NCBI GenBank assembly: GCA_036488585.1
Contig: DASXHH010000019.1
Span: 5,030 to 69,029 of the forward strand
From: Candidatus Saccharimonadia bacterium
GTDB lineage: Bacteria; Patescibacteriota; Saccharimonadia; UBA4664
Direction: 5' to 3'
Length of the DNA: 64,000 nucleotides
Both the position numbers and the translations under genes were made by a program. Positions within the stretch are counted from its first letter, which is position 1, and each line of letters begins with the position of its first letter. Below the pieces are notes generated by a model that saw only the letters and a program-made list of their open reading frames with translations, ran no database searches and was not told where the DNA came from. Of the stretch, positions 57,404 through 64,000 are shown piece by piece.

Positions 57404-57541
57404 ATAGAATCCTTTCGTCGTTGCAAGGGCTTTCCCGAGCGGGAGGATTTGTGCCCAAGCTGTATCGTTAGTTACTTAGCCGCATTACATTAGCATAAAT
57501 GCCCCCTACCCGCAACCTCATACCCACGCTCAAAAGGAGCA

Positions 57542-57570
57542 TTGACCAACCCGCCAAGATAAGGTACAAT
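57542..57570 (+). promoter_or_regulatory. Sigma70 promoter of rpmE (near-leaderless)
   Basis: TTGACC-17 nt-TACAAT, ending 9 nt before ATG 57580. Confidence 0.75.
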
Positions 57571-57579
57571 CTTCGAGTT

Positions 57580-57879
57580 ATGAAAACCGGCATCCACCCC
57601 GAAATATTTGAAACCACCGTTCACTGCAACGGTTGCAACACCACCTTCACGACTCACTCGACCGTGAAGGATATTAACGTGGAAATTTGCTCCAACTGCC
57701 ACCCGTTCTACACCGGTAAGCAGAAGCTCATCGACACCGCCGGCCGCGTCGACAAATTCAAGGCCCGCCAAGCCAAGGCCGCTGGTCACGCCGAGCAGCG
57801 CGCTGCCGCCACCAAGGACAAGCAGGCCAAAGCCGAGGTCGCCAAGGCTGAAGCCACCGTTGCCGAAACCGAAGCTTAA
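57580..57879 (+). CDS. rpmE: 50S ribosomal protein L31 (Cys/Zn type) with A/K/E-rich extension
   Basis: [29 protein letters not shown]. Confidence 0.96.
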   Translation: MKTGIHPEIFETTVHCNGCNTTFTTHSTVKDINVEICSNCHPFYTGKQKLIDTAGRVDKFKARQAKAAGHAEQRAAATKDKQAKAEVAKAEATVAETEA

Positions 57880-57891
57880 CCACACTCAAAG

Positions 57892-57928
57892 AACGCTCTG
57901 ATAAACTCTTATCATGGGCGTTTTTTGT
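57892..57928 (+). terminator. Terminator after rpmE
   Basis: AACGCTC-TGATAA / TTATCA-T-GGGCGTT stem followed by a T-run. Confidence 0.65.
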
Positions 57929-57947
57929 TACGCCGATAGGAACCACT

Positions 57948-59009
57948 ATGGACCAAACCGAGACCAGCTACAAAGAAGCTAAGGAGCAGCTAGCTCAACA
58001 ACTTGCTGCTACTACCGATTTTTCGTCTTCCGATTACATCGCAAAGACTAAAGAACTCAATCGTGTCGAAGATGTTTTAAAGATCTTCGGCCAGATTCAT
58101 GCCGGAGAGCAGGAGTTAGAAGATACCAAGGAGCTCCTATCAGACCCCGATCTAAAAGAAGAAGCTGAAGAAGAAGTAATCCGTCTTGACGACTTACTTG
58201 ATGGGCATCGTAAAAATCTCCAGATCATGCTCGCCCCTAAAGACCCCGCCGACAGCAAAAACGCCATCGTCGAAATTCGCGCCGGCGCCGGCGGCGATGA
58301 GGCCAGCCTGTTCGCCGGTGAGCTCTACCGCATGTACGCTCGCTACATGGAGGCCAAACCGGGCTGGCACATCGAGCTCATCTCGGAGTCACCCAGCGAG
58401 GTTGGCGGCTACAAAGAAATCATTTTCGAAGTGAAGGGCGATGGCGCCTATGGCTGGCTTAAATACGAATCCGGCGTGCACCGCGTACAGCGGGTGCCCG
58501 AAACCGAATCCGGTGGCCGAATCCACACCTCCACCGTTACCGTGGCCGTGTTACCCGAAGCCGAAGAGACCGACATCGAGATCAACGAAGCCGACCTCCG
58601 CATCGACGTCTACCGCAGCTCCGGTCACGGCGGACAATCGGTCAACACCACCGACTCCGCCGTTCGCATTACTCACCTGCCCACCGGCCTAGTCGTGACC
58701 TGCCAAGACGAAAAATCCCAGCTCAAGAACAAGCTCAAGGCCATGAACGTGCTGCGCTCTCGCCTGCTCGCCATTAAGCGCGAAGCCGAAGAACGCGCCG
58801 GTCGCGAGGCTCGCCTTAATCAGATCGGCACTGGCGACCGCTCCGAAAAAATCCGCACCTACAATTTCCCACAAGACCGCGTCACCGACCACCGCATCGG
58901 CCGCACCCAGCACGGCCTGCCCGGCTTCATGCAAGGCCAAATCGACGACATGCTCGAGGCCTTGCGCGCCGAAGATATCCGTCTCAAGCTCGAGCAGGCC
59001 TCCGCGTGA
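57948..59009 (+). CDS. prfA: Peptide chain release factor 1
   Basis: [11 protein letters not shown] (PxT), [15 protein letters not shown]. Confidence 0.97.
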   Translation: MDQTETSYKEAKEQLAQQLAATTDFSSSDYIAKTKELNRVEDVLKIFGQIHAGEQELEDTKELLSDPDLKEEAEEEVIRLDDLLDGHRKNLQIMLAPKDPADSKNAIVEIRAGAGGDEASLFAGELYRMYARYMEAKPGWHIELISESPSEVGGYKEIIFEVKGDGAYGWLKYESGVHRVQRVPETESGGRIHTSTVTVAVLPEAEETDIEINEADLRIDVYRSSGHGGQSVNTTDSAVRITHLPTGLVVTCQDEKSQLKNKLKAMNVLRSRLLAIKREAEERAGREARLNQIGTGDRSEKIRTYNFPQDRVTDHRIGRTQHGLPGFMQGQIDDMLEALRAEDIRLKLEQASA

Positions 59010-59812
59010 CCGTCCGCAACGCCCTCAAACACGCCGTTACCCGCCTCGACCAGGCCAAAATTTCCGGCAGCCGTCTCGACAGCGAGTTGATTATGGCCTA
59101 CGTGCTCGGCCGCGGCCGCGCCTGGCTGCTCGCCCACGACGACATCGAGCTCGACGAGCCCCAGCTCGAGCAGTTCAACGCCCTCATTAACCGCCGTTTT
59201 AACCGCGAGCCCGTCGTCCACATCACCGGCACCCGCGAATTTTATGGTCTTGATTTCGAAATCACCCCCGACGTCCTCACCCCGCGCGTCGAAACCGAGC
59301 AAATGGTAGAATGGGCCATCCAGTACGCATCTCAAAATTCGCGCCTCATCGACATTGGCACAGGCTCCGGCGCCATCGCCATCGCCATCGCCAAACACCG
59401 CCCCGACCTCGACATCACCGCCACCGAAATCTCTGATCGTGAGCTAGGCGTCGCCCGCCGCAACGCCGCCAAGCATGGGGTCAACCTCCATTTCATCGTC
59501 TCTGACCTCTGGTCCGCCCTCGCCAGCCAGGCATTCGACGCCGTAGTCACCAACCTACCCTACCTGCAAAATGACGCCGATCTCATGCCGGAAGTCCGCC
59601 GCGAGCCGGCCGTCGCGCTGTTTGGCGGCCCGGACGGCCTCGATCTTTACCGCCACTTTCTGGCCGGCCTCCCTGAGCACCTAAACCCGGGCGGCTACCT
59701 CTTCACCGAATCCGACCCCTGGCAGCACGAGCTTCTCATCGCCGAAGCCGCCAAATTCGACCTCACCCCCATCGAGCAGGGCTACTTTATCCTCGGCTTT
59801 AAGCGAAATTGA
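59006..59812 (+). CDS. prmC: Release factor glutamine methyltransferase
   Basis: PRVETE, DIGTGSG, NLPY; overlaps prfA by 4 nt. Confidence 0.95.
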   Translation: MTVRNALKHAVTRLDQAKISGSRLDSELIMAYVLGRGRAWLLAHDDIELDEPQLEQFNALINRRFNREPVVHITGTREFYGLDFEITPDVLTPRVETEQMVEWAIQYASQNSRLIDIGTGSGAIAIAIAKHRPDLDITATEISDRELGVARRNAAKHGVNLHFIVSDLWSALASQAFDAVVTNLPYLQNDADLMPEVRREPAVALFGGPDGLDLYRHFLAGLPEHLNPGGYLFTESDPWQHELLIAEAAKFDLTPIEQGYFILGFKRN

Positions 59813-59861
59813 CCCCCTCCGCGATTAGAGGGGGCCAATCTGGACCTAGCGTACTGCCAAG

Positions 59862-60323
59862 TCACAGGTATTCGCGCAACATGTCTCCGATCGAAACCAG
59901 CGCTTCGGCCGTCACCACCCTCTGGTGTCGACGATCATAATGGTAACCAAATTGCGGATCTGGATATTCTACGCCATCGACCGATGGCGTCCGGCTGTAG
60001 CGTGGCCTAACGTGCCAGTGCACGTGAGGCCTGGGATCCGCAGCCTGGAAAGCGTTGTTCAACAGACAGCCCCAGTTGAACACATCCGCCTCAAACGCCT
60101 CCGAGACCAGGCCTTCGTACCGAATGACCACATCATGCCAGTCCACGATCTGGGATATGGTCAACTCAGGCAGGCTCCCCCGATGATCCAGGAGAGTAAC
60201 ATATGCCCGCCCCAGGTAACCCTGATCAGGAGCTAGTACTACTCTCCAGTGCTCGGTTTGGAAAATTACCTCGGCACCTCCGGTTTTCAACAGCCGGCAG
60301 GTATCGCAACCTTCGACCAACAC
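59862..60323 (-). CDS. HIT family protein
   Basis: N-terminal CxxC and PHVHWHVRPR histidine triad. Confidence 0.88.
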   Translation of the reverse strand: MLVEGCDTCRLLKTGGAEVIFQTEHWRVVLAPDQGYLGRAYVTLLDHRGSLPELTISQIVDWHDVVIRYEGLVSEAFEADVFNWGCLLNNAFQAADPRPHVHWHVRPRYSRTPSVDGVEYPDPQFGYHYDRRHQRVVTAEALVSIGDMLREYL

Positions 60324-60390
60324 GGCCCCTCCTCTGTGTTTTGGGGATGCGGTTGCTCAAAAAGTATATCCTAATTTCCGTTGTTGAAGC

Positions 60391-61614
60391 TTACTGCCCA
60401 GCGGGTGCTTCATCGAGCGTTACACCGAGAGTTTGGGTCTGGCCATTGCGCATAACGGTTAGCGTTACCTTGTCGCCCGGTTTGTATTTACCAACCAGTG
60501 ACTGCAAGCTGTGGGTCGAGTCAATCTTGTCGTTATTTACCTTAGTAATAATATCTCCATCCTTCACACCGCCCTTGTCTGCCGGCGAACCGGATATCAC
60601 GCCAGGGTTCTGGGCGTCGGCCGCCTGCACCCAGGCACCATCGCTCACCGGCAAGTTATTGGCCTGCGCGGTCTGCTGATCGAGCGCTACATACCGCACG
60701 CCCAAGTAAGCTCGCACGATCTTACCAGTGCCCTCCACACTCGAGATCAGAGGCTTGGCGTCGTTAATCGGGATCGCAAAGCCAATGTTCTGCGAGCCCT
60801 GTCCGGCCACTGCCGTGTTAATACCCACCACCTGGCCATCCAGGTTCACCAACGGACCCCCGGAATTTCCGGGATTAATGGCTGCATCAGTCTGGAACAG
60901 GTTCTGCAGTTGCTCTGAGCTCCCGGTAATTCCTGAGCTGTCTCCCGCCGTCACCCCGCGCGACAACCCCGATATTATGCCCTCAGTCACCGTGTTCTGG
61001 AACTGGCCGAGCGCATTACCGATCGCCACCACTCCCTGCCCCACGGTCACCGTACCGGAATCGGCCAGCTCCACCGTCGGCAAACCGCTCGCACTAATCC
61101 GCACAAATGCCAGGTCGTTCACTGAATCCCGCGACACCACCGTCGCCGGATAGCTCTTACCGTTGCTCATCACCACCGTGTAGTTGGCGCTGGTATCATC
61201 TACTACGTGGCGATTAGTTAGGATCAAGCCGTTCGATTCCACGATCATGCCAGTACCAGCCCCTTCGACCTGCTGGGAGGTGCCAAAAAAACCGCTAGTC
61301 ACGGTCTTCGAGGTAATCGACACCACCGCCGGCGATACCTTCTTGGCCACGTCTACCACGGCCGAGTTCTCCTGCACAATCAGCTGTTTCTTATCGGTCG
61401 GGATAGCCGTCGCGAAGTACCGAATGAAGGCATATGAGCCCACCATACCACCGACCAACCCAAACACCAGTGCCAGTACCGCCACGCGTTGCGGTAACGA
61501 CGAACTGGCCGCTCGCCGTCTCCAACCTTTCATGGCTACAAACGGCGCCGGCTGCACCGACTCGTCTTCCTGCTGCTCGCGCCTAACGTGATGTTCAGCT
61601 TCCAAATCAGGCAT
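60391..61614 (-). CDS. htrA: HtrA/DegP-like serine protease (1 PDZ)
   Basis: TM, LTNRHVV, DLA, TDAAINPGNSGGPL, PDZ. ATG 61614 chosen as start. Confidence 0.94.
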   Translation of the reverse strand: MPDLEAEHHVRREQQEDESVQPAPFVAMKGWRRRAASSSLPQRVAVLALVFGLVGGMVGSYAFIRYFATAIPTDKKQLIVQENSAVVDVAKKVSPAVVSITSKTVTSGFFGTSQQVEGAGTGMIVESNGLILTNRHVVDDTSANYTVVMSNGKSYPATVVSRDSVNDLAFVRISASGLPTVELADSGTVTVGQGVVAIGNALGQFQNTVTEGIISGLSRGVTAGDSSGITGSSEQLQNLFQTDAAINPGNSGGPLVNLDGQVVGINTAVAGQGSQNIGFAIPINDAKPLISSVEGTGKIVRAYLGVRYVALDQQTAQANNLPVSDGAWVQAADAQNPGVISGSPADKGGVKDGDIITKVNNDKIDSTHSLQSLVGKYKPGDKVTLTVMRNGQTQTLGVTLDEAPAGQ

Positions 61615-61689
61615 GGTTCTCCCTCTAAATGATTGCAATAACTATTCTACAGTGTCGCTTGCCGTACTGAGAATAACCTTAAAAAGTCG

Positions 61690-62493
61690 CTACAGCGTGC
61701 CGCGCCAAGGCGTACCAGTAATTACGATCGCAATTAGGATCAGTCCGATCAGCAAATACTCAGTTAAACGCGCCCGGCTCAGACTGCCTTGCCGCTGCGA
61801 GGCATAAACGCTGCCAAAGCAGTATGCCAGCGCCGTCAGCACCAGCGCCGCCTGAGGCACAATCAAGTAACCTCCCGGCAGCGTGTACATAAACAGCCAC
61901 AACAAAAGTACGCACGACACCTCGGCCGCCACCAGCGCCCAAGTCGCCGCCATCACCGCGGCGGACCGCTCGCCCCGCCGGTCAAGTGCAGCGAACACCG
62001 ACAAATACGCACCGGCCCATACCAATAACACACACAGCCACTCGGGCAGGCTGTGCCGCCACACGCCGGCCGCCAAAAACACCGCCTCAAACATCATCGC
62101 CTGTAGTAGCAGTAAATTACCCAACCCGTACCGGACCTCAGCCGCAGCCGTGCTCCACCACAGCCGCCAGGCCGCAAAGCCCAGCGTCACCGCCACCTGT
62201 GTTGCAAGTCGCGGCGTCACCGCCACCAGCAGCACCACACTCGAGCCCATCAATATAGCCGGCAGCCGTCGCACCACCTCTGCGGTCCGGCCACCAGCCT
62301 TCACCGCTACCCCCGGCTGCTCACCCCAGAGCTCGATCGCCCACACCAAGACGAGCGCCACCACCCACCACCCGTGCCGTTGGGCTAAATATAGTATCAT
62401 TCCCGCCTCGGCCACGGCCAACACTAGCCCTGGCCATCTGAATTGCCCGCTATTGCGAGCTACCGGTAGATGTAGTCGACGAACTGTAATCAC
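61690..62493 (-). CDS. Multi-pass membrane hypothetical protein
   Basis: About 8 hydrophobic segments; fills the LCP-htrA gap; start uncertain. Confidence 0.75.
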   Translation of the reverse strand: MITVRRLHLPVARNSGQFRWPGLVLAVAEAGMILYLAQRHGWWVVALVLVWAIELWGEQPGVAVKAGGRTAEVVRRLPAILMGSSVVLLVAVTPRLATQVAVTLGFAAWRLWWSTAAAEVRYGLGNLLLLQAMMFEAVFLAAGVWRHSLPEWLCVLLVWAGAYLSVFAALDRRGERSAAVMAATWALVAAEVSCVLLLWLFMYTLPGGYLIVPQAALVLTALAYCFGSVYASQRQGSLSRARLTEYLLIGLILIAIVITGTPWRGTL

Positions 62494-64000
62494 TTCCTAA
62501 AATAATCCTTATGTCGGGCACCGGGAGCGTATTGCCCGAGGCGTCAGTGGCGGGTGTGGGCGAACTAGTCCGTTGCGCTTTCACCCCGAACCGCCGCTCC
62601 AGATAGTTTATGGTATAAGGCTTCTTCCCGCCAGTATAGTCGTAAATTACGGTCTTGGTGTAATGATTGGTCGCGTTCAGCGGGTCACCCACATTATAAT
62701 GCGCTGCCTTCAGGCTCTTCACTACCTGCGCTGCCACTCCAGCCAAGCCCGAGCCATTCTGCACCTCCACCTTAGCATTCTCATCCGTAATGTAGTGATC
62801 CACAAAGATATTCTTCACAAAGTCCTGAATATCGGTGTAGTCGAAGTTCCCCTTACGCGGCAGTTCAATCGAGCCCGCGCCGTCAATCTTGCCTGAGGCG
62901 TCTACGAGCAGCGAATCCGTCCCCACCGTGTCTAGTACTTTGTTAGTCACCTTCGCCGGATCAATGCTCTTCACGATCGACGCCATCTTGGTAATCTCAT
63001 TCGGCTGGAAGTCAGTCTTCACGTGGCTGCCAACAGCGTTAATCAGCTCGGTAAGCTTGAGCGGATTAGTGAGTGTCGACAGCTGCATGGCCTTGTTCTT
63101 GAGCGCCCCAATGATCAGCTGCTGGCGAGCCGCCCGGTCAAAGTCACTGGTAGTTTCGCGCGACCGGGCATACTTCAGCGCCTGTGCTCCCGTCATGTGC
63201 TGCTCACCTGCCTTGAAGGAAATTGCACAGTACTTGCCAGCGTACTTTGTGCCATCGTCGCATGGGTAGTAAGGATCGTTCAGCGCCTTAGGTACGTTCA
63301 CGTCCACCCCACCCACCGCATCAATCGCCTGCTTGAAGCCCGAAAAATCAATCAACACATAATAATGAATCGGCACGCCCAACACATTCTCCACCACTTT
63401 CTCGGCCTCAGTCGGCCCGCCATCGGAGTTAGCCTCGTTAATTTTGGCATAATGCGTGGAATACTTACCCACCGCCGGGATCTTCACATACAGGTCGCGT
63501 GGCACCGACAGCATAGCCGCGTCCTTAGTGCGCGGGTCTATACTTATCACCATGATGGTGTCGGACAAATCTGGACCATCATGCCCAGCGCCACCAATGC
63601 CCAGCACCAACACATTAATACGACCGTCACCCTCACCCTTCAGCTTGGTAGGGTCAATTATTCCCGCTAGAGCCGGTGCCCCGCCATGCGAGTTGGAGAT
63701 AATCTTACGGGCGGCGTTCAGGGCCGTGAACCCAAACCACGCCCCTACTAGCAGTACAACCACCACCAGACCCAGCGCTACTCGTCGAGCCCAGCGCCAC
63801 ATTCCTCCGCGTAGTCGCCGCGGCTTCTTATATACAAACGACCCAGTCTCTGGTTCCGCTGCCCCAGCACCTGGCGCGATTGGTGGCAGCACCAACCCCG
63901 CCCCGTCTGGTTGCAAGGTTGGCTTCGGTTGTATTGGGCTCACTGGCCGCCGCCGCACGGGGCCGTCTAGGGAACGACTGCTCCCGGAGGAAAACTTACT
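62450..64000 (-). CDS. LCP (LytR-CpsA-Psr) family protein with LytR_C domain, 5'-partial
   Basis: LSDTIM, SVPRDL, KYARSR, SDFDRAARQQ, VQNGSGLAG, IILGSDY; frame is open to the window end. Confidence 0.93.
   Translation of the reverse strand, partial: SKFSSGSSRSLDGPVRRRPVSPIQPKPTLQPDGAGLVLPPIAPGAGAAEPETGSFVYKKPRRLRGGMWRWARRVALGLVVVVLLVGAWFGFTALNAARKIISNSHGGAPALAGIIDPTKLKGEGDGRINVLVLGIGGAGHDGPDLSDTIMVISIDPRTKDAAMLSVPRDLYVKIPAVGKYSTHYAKINEANSDGGPTEAEKVVENVLGVPIHYYVLIDFSGFKQAIDAVGGVDVNVPKALNDPYYPCDDGTKYAGKYCAISFKAGEQHMTGAQALKYARSRETTSDFDRAARQQLIIGALKNKAMQLSTLTNPLKLTELINAVGSHVKTDFQPNEITKMASIVKSIDPAKVTNKVLDTVGTDSLLVDASGKIDGAGSIELPRKGNFDYTDIQDFVKNIFVDHYITDENAKVEVQNGSGLAGVAAQVVKSLKAAHYNVGDPLNATNHYTKTVIYDYTGGKKPYTINYLERRFGVKAQRTSSPTPATDASGNTLPVPDIRIILGSDYSSSTTSTGSSQ

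Noticed and set aside
59370-59393. CGCCAT tandem repeat as a phase-variation tract
   Set aside because: It is an in-frame hexamer encoding the normal AIAIAIA segment after the PrmC SAM motif.
179-63670. Many antisense or overlapping ORFs of 60-225 aa in the six-frame track (e.g. 28418-29071, 41745-42422, 48723-49394, 52000-52608)
   Set aside because: They are shadows of well-supported genes in GC-rich DNA, with no motifs or RBS.
1-64000. Alternative genetic code (UGA=Gly, as in Gracilibacteria/Absconditabacteria)
   Set aside because: Conserved genes are full length under code 11 and several end at TGA with normal coupling (e.g. prfA/prmC).

Overview
64 kb of housekeeping chromosome from a reduced-genome bacterium, most likely Patescibacteria/CPR, Saccharimonadia-like. 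This placement is inferred from the stripped dcw cluster, rpsB-tsf-frr without pyrH, class I LysRS, alpha2 GlyRS, a lone VirD4/TraD-like ATPase and a sigma4/HARE-HTH protein. The genetic code is standard. Genes run mostly + up to 24.8 kb and mostly - afterwards. I saw no rRNA, tRNA, CRISPR array or mobile element. The most interesting non-genic signals are: (1) a promoter-driven, ~850-nt, very hairpin-dense region at 7.23-8.08 kb that looks like an unannotated large structured RNA with embedded sORFs; (2) a dif-like 28-mer at 24955-24982 where a KOPS-like GGGGAG motif and gene orientation both flip although GC skew does not; (3) a structured RNA and an unannotated 20-aa basic sORF with alternative hairpins inside the mraZ-rsmH-ftsL operon; (4) an N-terminally truncated, motif-degenerate MurD paralog coupled to secA; (5) a proS T-box, a greA leader terminator with a DnaA-box cluster, and widespread leaderless-type promoters. 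All structures and motif tallies were read by eye and need computational confirmation.
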